A DNA stretch of 64,000 bases from a virus: positions 32,001 to 96,000 of the IMG/VR virus record IMGVR_UViG_3300046806_000356. One strand, given 5' to 3'. How positions within the stretch are numbered: the first letter of the stretch is position 1; every line of letters begins with the position of its first letter. The position numbers and the translations under genes were made by a program. This document shows, piece after piece, positions 10,312 through 19,840 of this stretch. The notes below the pieces were generated by a model, which saw only the letters and a list, made by a program, of their open reading frames with translations, made no database searches and had not been told where the DNA came from.

Positions 10312-10881
10312 ATGACCTACAACGCAACCGTCAAGTTTTCTTACACAAGTGATAGTCAAGAAACATCAAGCAAGTATTTTCCTGAAAGTGTGGATCGTAA
10401 AACCATCACGATTGAAGCACCAGCAGAAGACTTGAATATTCATCAGTATTATGAACTCTTCAAGAGTTTCCTTGCTGCTTCTGGATTTTGCGAGTACAGC
10501 ATTATGGATGGTGCTTGCCGTGTTGCCTTCAACGACAGCAATAGTGAAGCACAGATGAAGAAAGTTGCCGATGAGTATGATCTCTTTCTTGCAGAAGATT
10601 ATCACAAAAAACTTGTTGAGTATGATGCACAACAAGATAGAGATATTGCAGGACTGGAAGCAGAAATTAAAGAACTGAAAGAAAAACTTGCAAGGGTTCT
10701 TCCAGAGCAGTATGGAAAAATCGATTTTTCGGAACTGTATAGGTCTTGGGATAATTTAATTCCTGGATCTGATGAGGCATATAAAAAAGGTTGTAAGTGC
10801 CCTGTTCTTGATAATCAAGAAATGCCTAATGATAAAAAATGGGTGAATGGTGATTGTCCTCTTCATGGTAAGGTAAGGTGA
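10312..10881 (+). CDS. Hypothetical protein with coiled coil and C-terminal CxC...CPLH motif
   Basis: 189-aa ORF; PGSDEA..GCKCPVLDN...DCPLHG. Confidence 0.7.
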   Translation: MTYNATVKFSYTSDSQETSSKYFPESVDRKTITIEAPAEDLNIHQYYELFKSFLAASGFCEYSIMDGACRVAFNDSNSEAQMKKVADEYDLFLAEDYHKKLVEYDAQQDRDIAGLEAEIKELKEKLARVLPEQYGKIDFSELYRSWDNLIPGSDEAYKKGCKCPVLDNQEMPNDKKWVNGDCPLHGKVR

Positions 10882-11171
10882 AGTTTGAATTCAACTTTGT
10901 AAAACCTGGAGTTTTTGACCTACCAGAAACCGACTGGTGGGATTTTGACCCAAACGACCACATTGAAATTCAACCACATTGGACTATGGCACACTTGGCA
11001 GTAGAAATGGAACTGTTCCCATCAGTCGGACAAGCACGGAAGAATGGGTGGGATGGACAAATACCAAGAGGATTTACAGAGAAGAAAGCAATCGGAAAAA
11101 TGAAAAAATCTATGTTTATTCACAATCCATCTGACGAATTTATTAACAATCCTGAATGGGGTAAAGACTAA
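10878..11171 (+). CDS. Small protein with S4-like RNA-binding motif
   Basis: LAVEMELFPSVGQARKNG resembles the S4/TyrRS C-terminal motif. Confidence 0.45.
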   Translation: MKFEFNFVKPGVFDLPETDWWDFDPNDHIEIQPHWTMAHLAVEMELFPSVGQARKNGWDGQIPRGFTEKKAIGKMKKSMFIHNPSDEFINNPEWGKD

Positions 11172-11362
11172 TGAAACCAAATACTTATGTAATTCTTCAA
11201 CGAGCAGTAGAAGAAGGAGCACTTCTTGGATACCGAAGGGCATTCAAGAGAGTTGAAAATCCAACAGAAGAACAAATCGTAGAAGCACTTACAGATGCAA
11301 TAATGCTGACTGTAAGTGAAGTATTTGATTTCCCCCATCAATCAGGAGATAGTTATCAATGA
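11171..11362 (+). CDS. Hypothetical protein
   Basis: 63-aa coupled ORF. Confidence 0.65.
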   Translation: MKPNTYVILQRAVEEGALLGYRRAFKRVENPTEEQIVEALTDAIMLTVSEVFDFPHQSGDSYQ

Positions 11363-11667
11363 GTTTTTCCAAAACTGTTTCTGTTGTTGCAGCACTTGCA
11401 AGTATCTTTGCTGCTGGTGCTACTGGTTGGAAACTTGCGGATACCCAAAAAGAAGTTCCTTTGAGTTCATTGGACCAAAAGGTGATGGAACTGGAAAAGA
11501 AACTTGAAGGAGTAAAAGAACCTCAAGTTGCTCCTGATTCTGGGGTTCAGCAACCTATTACTCCCCCTGCTCCTGTGCTTCCACAACCTATTACTCCTGC
11601 TCCTCAAGTGGTTCAACCTCCTCTAACCCCTCCCCCTCCTGTGCCCGAACTTCCTACCCAACAATGA
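11359..11667 (+). CDS. Membrane-anchored coiled-coil protein with proline-rich tail
   Basis: Hydrophobic N-terminus; QPITP repeats and PPPP. Confidence 0.7.
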   Translation: MSFSKTVSVVAALASIFAAGATGWKLADTQKEVPLSSLDQKVMELEKKLEGVKEPQVAPDSGVQQPITPPAPVLPQPITPAPQVVQPPLTPPPPVPELPTQQ

Positions 11668-11867
11668 TTTCACTTCTTGCTTTCACCTTTCTTCAACTTC
11701 CTTCGTATCAGTATAATATGAAACATAACACGGTTCATGTGCCTGAAAGTGTGGCACGATATTGTGCGAGTGCTGTGGGTATTCCTTATGCCTCTGACAA
11801 CTTCTCACCACAAGAATGGGAACGATTCCAGGATTGCACTTACTTACAAATGGAACAGAAGAAATGA
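11664..11867 (+). CDS. Hypothetical protein
   Basis: 67-aa coupled ORF. Confidence 0.6.
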   Translation: MISLLAFTFLQLPSYQYNMKHNTVHVPESVARYCASAVGIPYASDNFSPQEWERFQDCTYLQMEQKK

Positions 11868-12016
11868 CTTATGAAGTCCAAACTTATGATACCACAGACA
11901 ACACTGTGTATTATGAAACCGTAAAGAATGCTATTGATTATGAGAGTGCTCGTGATATAATTGCCGAGAAGTATCCAAATCGTAAAGTGATTGCTGTAAT
12001 TGGTAAAAACAAATGA
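11864..12016 (+). CDS. Hypothetical protein (50 aa)
   Basis: ATGA overlap; MTYEVQTY...DYESARDII..KYPNRKVIAV is similar in pattern to 9327-9467. Confidence 0.6.
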   Translation: MTYEVQTYDTTDNTVYYETVKNAIDYESARDIIAEKYPNRKVIAVIGKNK

Positions 12017-12342
12017 AAAGGCATTATGTTTATTGTTCGTATGAAGAAAATGGTAGGCAATATATTGGAAGTAGAACTTGTGATTATTTGATTGAAGAAG
12101 ATGCTGAATATTTTGGAAGTTATACTGATAAAACTTTTAATCCAACTGGAAAAGTAGTTCTTGCAACATTTCCAAATAGAAGAGAAGCAAATGCATACGA
12201 ACATTACTTGCACAAACTTTTTGAGGTAGATAAAAATCCACATTTCGCAAACAAAGTATGTTTTATTGATTTTAGTGGATATTATGCTTGTTTTTATAAT
12301 GAACATCAACTCAAATACACATTACAAAATTTGAAAAAATGA
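12013..12342 (+). CDS. GIY-YIG endonuclease (short, probably truncated homing endonuclease)
   Basis: HYVY...RQYIGSR...YFGS...REANAYE...FANK motifs of the GIY-YIG catalytic domain; no obvious DNA-binding repeats. Confidence 0.75.
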   Translation: MKRHYVYCSYEENGRQYIGSRTCDYLIEEDAEYFGSYTDKTFNPTGKVVLATFPNRREANAYEHYLHKLFEVDKNPHFANKVCFIDFSGYYACFYNEHQLKYTLQNLKK

Positions 12343-12396
12343 CTTACGATGAACTGGCACAAGACCCCACCAAAACCCCACCAGATGCCTTATAAT
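12338..12396 (+). promoter_or_regulatory. Palindrome-linked early promoter cassette 4
   Basis: AATGACT-TACGATGAAC-TGGCACA; TATAAT at 12391. Confidence 0.8.
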
Positions 12397-12421
12397 GACT
12401 TCATAACCACCTGAAACTCTG

Positions 12422-12628
12422 ATGACTGAATTTTCGCAAAAACGATTTGTTGATTTGGGGCAAACTCTTTATGTTGAATGGTTGAAAACTGTAATAAAAA
12501 TACCAGTATCTAATCTTCATAGTTTTACCGAAGAAAAACGACGGCAGATATTCAACGTAGGAGCACAGTATGCCTTTGAGGCAGCAGAAGAGTTTGCCGA
12601 AGTGTTTCGTAATCAAGATGACAATTGA
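12422..12628 (+). CDS. Hypothetical protein (single gene between cassettes 4 and 5)
   Basis: 68 aa; stop codon lies inside the next palindrome. Confidence 0.65.
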   Translation: MTEFSQKRFVDLGQTLYVEWLKTVIKIPVSNLHSFTEEKRRQIFNVGAQYAFEAAEEFAEVFRNQDDN

Positions 12629-12675
12629 CGAACTGGCACAAGGACTTCACAAAGTCCCACAGAATGCCCTATAAT
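12617..12675 (+). promoter_or_regulatory. Palindrome-linked early promoter cassette 5
   Basis: GATGACA-ATTGACGAAC-TGGCACA; TATAAT at 12670; near-identical to cassette 6. Confidence 0.85.
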
Positions 12676-12703
12676 AGTCCTATACGCAATTCGCAAACAG
12701 CAA

Positions 12704-12931
12704 ATGGCACTTTCTATTGATGAACTCTTTGAGATGATTACCAAAGTGATTGCTTCTCCTCATACTGCCATCACAGAACACGACAAACGCAGAGCAATTC
12801 AGGTATTTCTTGGATTTGATGAATACCTGATGGATAATGTGCCAGAGTATTGTGATGATACATCAGAGTTATGTGAGATTGACTTTGGTTCTTATGCTGC
12901 GGGTATTCTTGATGAACTGGAAGGAAAATGA
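12704..12931 (+). CDS. Hypothetical protein
   Basis: 75 aa, ends in ELEGK. Confidence 0.65.
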   Translation: MALSIDELFEMITKVIASPHTAITEHDKRRAIQVFLGFDEYLMDNVPEYCDDTSELCEIDFGSYAAGILDELEGK

Positions 12932-13113
12932 CTGAAACAGAAAAACTCTATAAAATCTGTATTCTTGATTTGCTTATAGCAATTGATGAGGATGTTGTGG
13001 ATTGGAGGAATTATCCTAAACTCTGGACCGCAATTCAAAAAGCAGATAATGCCCTTGATATTTGGGCAGGAATGAACCTCAAACAAATCAAACAGGAACT
13101 GGAAGGAAAATGA
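12928..13113 (+). CDS. Hypothetical protein
   Basis: 61 aa, also ends in ELEGK; bracketed by an 18-bp direct repeat. Confidence 0.65.
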   Translation: MTETEKLYKICILDLLIAIDEDVVDWRNYPKLWTAIQKADNALDIWAGMNLKQIKQELEGK

Positions 13114-13265
13114 AACAATGGTTTGAAGATGCTTGGTGGTCTTGGGAATGTTGCATTTATTCCAGATTTGTTGATTATAATGACAACATAGACCGTTGTG
13201 CCTTCTTTTGGGAAATCAACTATGGTTGGTATCAAATGTATTATAATGATGAGGAACTACAATGA
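13110..13265 (+). CDS. Trp-rich small protein (51 aa)
   Basis: ATGA overlap; MKQWFEDAWWSW...FFWEINYGW. Confidence 0.65.
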   Translation: MKQWFEDAWWSWECCIYSRFVDYNDNIDRCAFFWEINYGWYQMYYNDEELQ

Positions 13266-13492
13266 CTTGGAAAGAATACTGGAAAATGACCAAATGGGAA
13301 TGGTTCATTGAGGGTTTCCGCAACATTGAGTATATCATTGATTGCCGTGCTACTATGAACCATTTTGGATATGATGACTTCTGGGAATCTCTCAGTTGGG
13401 GATGGATGTGTGAATATGTCTATCCTTATGATGACCCTTACAATCCTTACATATCAGAAGAACGCAAACTACGATTGGGAAGATGGTCTTAA
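13262..13492 (+). CDS. Trp-rich small protein
   Basis: 76 aa; DDFWESLSWGW. Confidence 0.65.
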   Translation: MTWKEYWKMTKWEWFIEGFRNIEYIIDCRATMNHFGYDDFWESLSWGWMCEYVYPYDDPYNPYISEERKLRLGRWS

Positions 13493-13815
13493 TAAACAAG
13501 TGGATAATCACCAACAAGTATCTCCGTTATACTCCATTCTGGTGGTGGTATCGTTTGATGTCTCACGAAGGATTCCGTTTTGATGATTACCACCTTTGGA
13601 AAGAGTTTTGGAGTTCTTTGAGTGGTGGTTGGTTGGATATGAACTACAAGTGGGAGTTTGAGAAGTTCTGGGGCAAAGGCTCTTACCCACCCAAAAGAAC
13701 CTTGATTTCTGCCGAGAATTATGATAAACTGGTGGAACAACTGAACGAACCTCCAAAACTAATTCCAGGATTGATAGAACTTATGAACCGCAAAACACCT
13801 TTTGAAAATGACTGA
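13483..13815 (+). CDS. Trp-rich protein with DUF1778-antitoxin-like C-terminal helix
   Basis: EFWSSLSGGW; C-terminus LISAENYDKLVEQLNEPPKLIPGLIELM. Confidence 0.6.
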   Translation: MVLINKWIITNKYLRYTPFWWWYRLMSHEGFRFDDYHLWKEFWSSLSGGWLDMNYKWEFEKFWGKGSYPPKRTLISAENYDKLVEQLNEPPKLIPGLIELMNRKTPFEND

Positions 13816-15802
13816 ATTTAATCCACTTGAATGGCAGAAAATCTGGGAACAACTCAGTGAAGAAGGTCCTTATGGAACTGGACCTGTAAATCTGTATCAT
13901 CTCACAAGTATCTTGGAGGACTTGTATGTGGAAAATCAAGAACTCAAAAGCAGAGTAGAAACTCTGGAAAAGGATATGGAATTTAGAAAAAGATATGAAC
14001 TTTTATGAGCAAGAACAAAATGACTAACAAACTAAAATTCACACAAGTATCACGAGTAATCTGTCCTAAAACTGGTATTCATTACTTGGATGCTATTGAT
14101 GAGTATGGAAATCATTGGACTGCTGAAATGCGAACTGATGTAGAACAATGGATTACATATTCTCAAATGTGGCATGAAGACCCCCAACAACCAGTAAAAA
14201 TAGAAAGATGACTGACCTTGATAACTACTTGAAAAAATGAAAATCCCGAATTACGCACTTGGATTAGTCACAGGATTTTGTTTTGCTGCTCTGTATTTTA
14301 TGGTATTTGTTATCCTCAAACAACCATCTATTTCACCAGAACCACCTATTTCAACAAATGCTGAAAAGCACAGAAACCTTGAAGTGGTGGATAGTTATTC
14401 TTATGAGAATAGAACTTGTTCTGTGATTAGATACACAACTCCTTCAACTAATTGGGTATATTTCCTTGATTGTAAAGAGGTGAAGAAATGAAAGTTTATG
14501 ATTACCGAATTGTAGAAGACCTCAATTTAAAAACTTTGAAACCTCATTTTTTTATTCAATATTATCATCTTACTGAAGAAAAATATTATATGTACTCAAA
14601 TGATACATTTCAAACACTTCAAGAAGCACAAGAAGCAATACGACTGATTAGAAAATACAACGAACCTGTGTATCATTATGTTGAGGACTGAAAAATGATT
14701 GAAATGAGAATTGTTGAAATTGGTGATGGTTGCCGAAGGAAGACCCACGACCTTCATATGCTACGATGCAATGGGATAAATGTGTTAGGATGATGAGGGA
14801 GAAACTGGAATGACTGAAAATGTACAAAACTACTTTTCTGTTCTTATGGAGTCTTTATATGCTAGAATAAAAGGAAATGGGGAGGAAGAAGATTCATTAT
14901 TGGATTATCTAGATAAAATTTGGAATAACTTTACCCCAGAAGAAATTGAGATTATAAACAAAATTATTAAGGAATTTAAAAATGATTGAAATTAGAGTTG
15001 TTGAGGAGGTGAAAGAATGACTACTGAACGAGACCTTAAATACGAACTTTGTTATAGCAACTATATTGATATGGAGAATGGTGATGATACGGAATCAATT
15101 GACTATCGTTCATTGATACATATTCTTACAGAACTTATGAGTAGGATTGAGAAACTGGAGGCAAAATGACAATCACAAAACTCCAAATAGGTTCTAAATG
15201 GAAACATAAGACTTCTAATGATGTTTATGTTGTAATGGAACAATATTCTCATAGAGTTGTTCTAAAACACGAACTTACTGGAACTATTATCAAATCAACC
15301 ATAGGGCATCTAAATCCTGATGGTTTTGCTGAATATCAAAGGATAGAAGAATAATGAAACTTTTTGATTATAAAACCAGAGACGACTACGGAAAAGATTT
15401 TTATTTCACATTTCTCAAAGGACAAAAATACTCACTCATTCAAGTATCATTCAGTATTTGTGAGTATCCAGGATTTCCTTATTTTCAAATCACTATGGGA
15501 ATGGGAAAGCTCTTTGGGTTCTTTACTTATGCTTGGAAATTTGGATTTGATATTGATATATTTGGTAGGACTTGGTGGTTGTGATTGAAAATCCAGACGA
15601 AATTGTATTGGAAGATGTGAAGATGTTTCACTTGGAAAGTATGAATGAACGAGCACTATGGATTGGTGTTTATACTCAAAATGGTAAGACATATCACTTG
15701 AATATCAGTGGTGATGGTGATAAACTAACTTATTGGTGGAGTGATGAGACACCTGACGAACTGGCACAAGGACTTCCCAAAGTCCCACCAGATGCCCTAT
15801 AA
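13808..15802 (+). other. Run of ~10 translationally coupled small hypothetical ORFs and gene remnants
   Basis: ORFs at 13808-14008, 14005-14211, 14237-14491, 14488-14691, 14810-14989, 15166-15354, 15354-15584 and 15581-15802, with ATGA/TAATG overlaps. Confidence 0.65.
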
Positions 15803-15803
15803 T
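15745..15803 (+). promoter_or_regulatory. Palindrome-linked early promoter cassette 6
   Basis: TGAGACA-CCTGACGAAC-TGGCACA; TATAAT at 15798; the upstream ORF reads through it and stops in the -10. Confidence 0.85.
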
Positions 15804-15999
15804 ACATTCATACACACAAACGACTGATGACTTACTCAATCACAAAATCAATTTGTCTTCATAACAAAGAAGATGGATGGAAGTATGTCTTTACAACTGA
15901 TGAGTATGGAACTGTGAGTGTTGAAGGTGATAATGGATTAGGCATTCACATTCCCAAAGATTGTATTCAAAACTTTATTCGTGTTCTGGAACAACTGAA

Positions 16000-16233
16000 A
16001 TGACTAAAATCCCACTCAAAGCAATCACAATTACTTACACCCGAACTCTTACATTTACTCCCACACGGGATATATTTGAGGGAGAACCAGACCAAGAATC
16101 ATTTGAGAGTTATGCTCTTTGTGAATTATTTGATACGATTTATGAAGATGTATCACGAGACGGAGACCCTATGCCTTATACTGATATTCAGCAAGGAGAA
16201 ACCGTTGAGATTGATTGGGAGGATGAAGAATGA
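16000..16233 (+). CDS. Acidic hypothetical protein
   Basis: MTKIPLKAITITYTRT...EIDWEDEE. Confidence 0.6.
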   Translation: MTKIPLKAITITYTRTLTFTPTRDIFEGEPDQESFESYALCELFDTIYEDVSRDGDPMPYTDIQQGETVEIDWEDEE

Positions 16234-16688
16234 TTGAAGATTTCAAAGTAAAATTGATTGGTAATTATTCTAACCAACAGCAAGCATTTAACAGTCCATC
16301 ACTTTGGGCACATATTCATATTAAATTTGAAGAACTTCCTGACGGAATGTTATACTCAAAGAGTTGGTATGATATTGATGGGGAAGAAAAACCTTATCGG
16401 GCAACAACATTGGAATTATCCGTGTCTGGTGAGAATGTTATTATGACACCTTATAATAATCTTACAAATACCAAATCTTGTGAGATTGTTTTTGAGTATG
16501 TAAATAACTCTTGGATTGGTATAAATGATAATTGTATCATACCCAAGAGAAATGCTTATGTCTCCACATTTTTGAAGTTTGATGGTATTAATTACTATTC
16601 CAGAGATGCTGGATATGATATAGATTCAAATGAATTTCTCTGGGGTAAAACAAAACAAGATGGTGAATTTCACTTTATAAAACTATGA
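16230..16688 (+). CDS. cpeT: CpcT/CpeT-family phycobiliprotein lyase
   Basis: GNYSNQQQAFNSPSLWAHI...PYR...C...SRDAGYD...WGK...FHF matches T-type lyase motifs known in cyanophages. Confidence 0.85.
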   Translation: MIEDFKVKLIGNYSNQQQAFNSPSLWAHIHIKFEELPDGMLYSKSWYDIDGEEKPYRATTLELSVSGENVIMTPYNNLTNTKSCEIVFEYVNNSWIGINDNCIIPKRNAYVSTFLKFDGINYYSRDAGYDIDSNEFLWGKTKQDGEFHFIKL

Positions 16689-16814
16689 TTTACGAAATAA
16701 AAAAACAAGCAATTGATGAGTATCGTATAGATACGATTGAGGAACGACTTACTCGTATTGAAGATAAAGTTGATTTACTCATTACTCAACTTAAAATAGA
16801 GTTTTATAAGAAGA

Positions 16815-17048
16815 ATGACTAACGAACAAATACTTGAACTTGCTAAAACCTGTGGATTTGGAACATACACAGATGATGATGGAACACCATCCGATTACTT
16901 TGATTGTTATGCTGAACAACTCTTGAAGTTTGCCCAAAAAATGTATATAAAGGGTTATATTAAGGGAAAAGATGAGGGTTATGAAGAAGGTTGGAAAAGT
17001 TGTGATGTAAGCACCAAAATGAATACTTGGAGTTCTGATTATGACTAA
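16815..17048 (+). CDS. Hypothetical protein
   Basis: 77 aa, starts MTNEQ; GYEEG repeat. Confidence 0.65.
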   Translation: MTNEQILELAKTCGFGTYTDDDGTPSDYFDCYAEQLLKFAQKMYIKGYIKGKDEGYEEGWKSCDVSTKMNTWSSDYD

Positions 17049-17262
17049 CGAACAAAAACTCACACTTCTCCTCAAGGTTCTCAAAGATTACGCAGAACAA
17101 AAACACTGCTATGATAGAGAGGAGGACTCGTATGAGTACCCTCAGCAAAAGTGGGATGTCTTTGATGATGGTGCTGATTATGGTGAAATACTCTTTGCCC
17201 GCACTCTATTAGAACAAATCGGTGAAAACTTTGAATATCCTTGTATGAGGGAAGAAGAATGA
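17041..17262 (+). CDS. Hypothetical protein
   Basis: 73 aa, starts with the same 16 nt as the previous gene. Confidence 0.65.
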   Translation: MTNEQKLTLLLKVLKDYAEQKHCYDREEDSYEYPQQKWDVFDDGADYGEILFARTLLEQIGENFEYPCMREEE

Positions 17263-17831
17263 CTGAACACAATCTACCAGAAAACGATGATGCTCCATGG
17301 TTAAATCTCACACCACAAGAAGTAGAAGAACTGCGATATAATAAGCAAAAATTAACAGAGTATGGTAGGGAGAAAATACGAGCACTTATGCTAAAATCAC
17401 AAATGACTGAAGACATACAACAAGCAAACGGAGATTTTATAAAGAACTATCCAGATGTAACTCGTGTTGAAGTTATTGGTAATGATGGACGAGAGTTTGT
17501 TCATTATGGGTGCTCTAATGTTAAGGTAAGTTTGCAGGACGACGGTAGAACAATCAAGGTATTTCTATACACTATGTTTCAACAAAAAGAACCAAAACCT
17601 ATGGATGATGTTATTGATAGGTTGGTAGAGAAATATAAATCTCAAAAACTTTGGAATATGGTAAGAAATGAACTTGGATATTCTATTGATTGTTGTGATG
17701 AGATTGTGGATTTGGTAGAGAGATGGCTTCCTGAAGAACAATCTGCGGAAGGAAGTCAGAATGTAGATACTGAATTACTTGTAGATGGTTTTAATGATGC
17801 AATACAAAAAATGAAGGAGATGTTGCGATGA
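17259..17831 (+). CDS. Hypothetical protein (appears to fuse several small modules)
   Basis: 190 aa from MTEHN; internal MTED and MDDV start-like segments. Confidence 0.6.
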   Translation: MTEHNLPENDDAPWLNLTPQEVEELRYNKQKLTEYGREKIRALMLKSQMTEDIQQANGDFIKNYPDVTRVEVIGNDGREFVHYGCSNVKVSLQDDGRTIKVFLYTMFQQKEPKPMDDVIDRLVEKYKSQKLWNMVRNELGYSIDCCDEIVDLVERWLPEEQSAEGSQNVDTELLVDGFNDAIQKMKEMLR

Positions 17832-18019
17832 CTATTAGAGCAGAGCAAATCGTGAATGCTACTCTTGAACTTACTCTCCGTCCTCAAAGTGAAGACAGAA
17901 AGAAAGTTGTTGCCTGTGTGATTAGGGAGGTTGCTGATAGACTTTGCACGGATTTAGGGGAGATGGAATGTCCTATAGATAAGTTGCGACAAATTGCGGA
18001 TGAAGTAGAGGCACTCTAA
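17828..18019 (+). CDS. Hypothetical protein
   Basis: 63-aa coupled ORF. Confidence 0.6.
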   Translation: MTIRAEQIVNATLELTLRPQSEDRKKVVACVIREVADRLCTDLGEMECPIDKLRQIADEVEAL

Positions 18020-18723
18020 TGACTTACGATACTGTTTTTATTTCTGATGTTCATTTAGGAACTGAAAGATGTAATACTCAAAAACTACTCAAGTTTCTCA
18101 AAGAACTCAAAACTAAAAAACTTGTGATGGTTGGAGACATCATAGACATCTATTGTATGGAGAAATACAATACCAGATGGAAACGAGAGCATACTGAATG
18201 TGTTCACGCACTTTTAGATTTGTGTAAGAAAGGCACAGAAGTTGTTTATGTTCTTGGTAATCACGAAGGGGCTATCAGAAGATATTGCACCTTTGAACAC
18301 AAGAACTTTATGATGTGCGATGAGTATGTTCATAGGGATAAACAAGGTGGAAAGTATCTCTGCACTCATGGAGATAAGCACTCGGAGTTTTCTTCTGGTT
18401 CTTGGAAGCAACTGATGTTTAATAAAGGTTATGAGGTTATCACACCTATGAGTATTTGGTTGGAAAGGTTCTTTCGGTTCTCTTTGGTGTATTCTCTCAA
18501 AAATAGTGTAAGAGGAAAGAGTTATATTGATAAGTATGAGAATGATATTATTGGGTATTGCATTCAGCAAGATAAGAAGTATGATGGTATTATCTGTGGG
18601 CACATTCATCACGGAAACATTCGTCAGTTTGGTAAAATGACTTATATGTGTTGCGGAGATTTCGTTGATACCTGTTCTGCGATTACTGAGAAGAATGGTG
18701 TTTATTGTTTGGAGAAATACTGA
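18019..18723 (+). CDS. Calcineurin-like metallophosphoesterase, UDP-2,3-diacylglucosamine hydrolase (LpxH-like) family
   Basis: ISDVHLG, GDIID, GNHE, HGD, GHIH motifs. Confidence 0.85.
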   Translation: MTYDTVFISDVHLGTERCNTQKLLKFLKELKTKKLVMVGDIIDIYCMEKYNTRWKREHTECVHALLDLCKKGTEVVYVLGNHEGAIRRYCTFEHKNFMMCDEYVHRDKQGGKYLCTHGDKHSEFSSGSWKQLMFNKGYEVITPMSIWLERFFRFSLVYSLKNSVRGKSYIDKYENDIIGYCIQQDKKYDGIICGHIHHGNIRQFGKMTYMCCGDFVDTCSAITEKNGVYCLEKY

Positions 18724-18980
18724 TGACTGACGAACAATTCCTAAAACAAACAGCAACCAAAGTTGCAAATATTCTTCATATGCCTTTGGGTGACATTGAA
18801 CCAATAAAACTGATACAAATGGTTGTGTGTTTGGATATTCTTTTGGGTGGTGATAAAGAACTTATGATACACTGGGTAAATACTCATAATAAACACTTGG
18901 GATACTGTCCTGGTGCTCACTTGACGGATGCTCGTATGGATGATACAATAAGGTATCTTGACGCAATGGTGGAGCACTGA
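18723..18980 (+). CDS. Hypothetical protein
   Basis: MTDEQ start; HWVNTHNKHLG..P resembles an MbcA/ParS-type antitoxin C-terminal motif (weak). Confidence 0.55.
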   Translation: MTDEQFLKQTATKVANILHMPLGDIEPIKLIQMVVCLDILLGGDKELMIHWVNTHNKHLGYCPGAHLTDARMDDTIRYLDAMVEH

Positions 18981-19131
18981 TGTCAAAGTATGGTGTGGTT
19001 CTTTCAAGTCTTGTGGATGGTGCGACTGTGAGTATTCAAATTTTAGTTGAAAGTGAGATGAGTGCTTCTCAACTTACAACTTATTATAAGTGTAAATCCA
19101 TTACCATTAGTGATGTTTATGTGGAGCAACT

Positions 19132-19524
19132 ATGATTTCTAAACCAGTATTAGCAACAGACAAACAGAAAACCACACTCAACTGGTGGGAGTATCATATC
19201 GGGCACTGCTGGATGACTGGATGGCAGACTATTGGTTCTGCGTTCCGTATCTGGGCAGACTTGATGGGTAGCAATTATGAAGTTTATGCACTACCAAGAA
19301 CAGCAGAAGACCCAGAAGCAGAATGTATTGAATGGTTCTGGGCAACTCTTGGAGAAGATGAAGTTTATCCCAAAGAGTTTCTTGAATATCTTATGCAAAT
19401 GGCAGATGATGTAATGACTGGGAAGGTGAAGACATATCCTATGGAAGATGTACTGGCAGAACTAAAAGACCTTATTGGTGATGTGGAGTTAGACGACGGA
19501 CCACTTGACGAACTGGCACAGTAA
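19132..19524 (+). CDS. Trp-rich hypothetical protein
   Basis: 130 aa; C-terminus runs through cassette 7 (GPLDELAQ). Confidence 0.7.
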   Translation: MISKPVLATDKQKTTLNWWEYHIGHCWMTGWQTIGSAFRIWADLMGSNYEVYALPRTAEDPEAECIEWFWATLGEDEVYPKEFLEYLMQMADDVMTGKVKTYPMEDVLAELKDLIGDVELDDGPLDELAQ

Positions 19525-19554
19525 ACGGGCACGGGTCGTAGAACCTGCTATAAT
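19497..19554 (+). promoter_or_regulatory. Palindrome-linked early promoter cassette 7
   Basis: CGGACCA-CTTGACGAAC-TGGCACA; TGcTATAAT with -10 at 19549. Confidence 0.85.
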
Positions 19555-19576
19555 AAGAGGACACAAGCAAAGGCAA

Positions 19577-19840
19577 ATGCTTACTTCAAATCTTTCTAAA
19601 ATCAAACCTAAACTTCGCACACAAGGCAATGTAACAGGAAATTTTGGAAGACCAAAAGCAAAAGCAGGTTCTTCTATGCGTGATATTGGAATTACAAACG
19701 CAAAAGTCGTGAATGTCGTAAAGCAAGAAGATTACTTGAAACGATTGTATGCTGCTTTTGAAAATACAAATGATGAGAAATTGAAACAGTTTATTTACAT
19801 TGAAATCAAAAAGATTATGATTCAACGAGGTGAATGGTAA
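19577..19840 (+). CDS. Basic hypothetical protein
   Basis: MLTSNLSKIKPKLRTQG... Confidence 0.65.
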   Translation: MLTSNLSKIKPKLRTQGNVTGNFGRPKAKAGSSMRDIGITNAKVVNVVKQEDYLKRLYAAFENTNDEKLKQFIYIEIKKIMIQRGEW

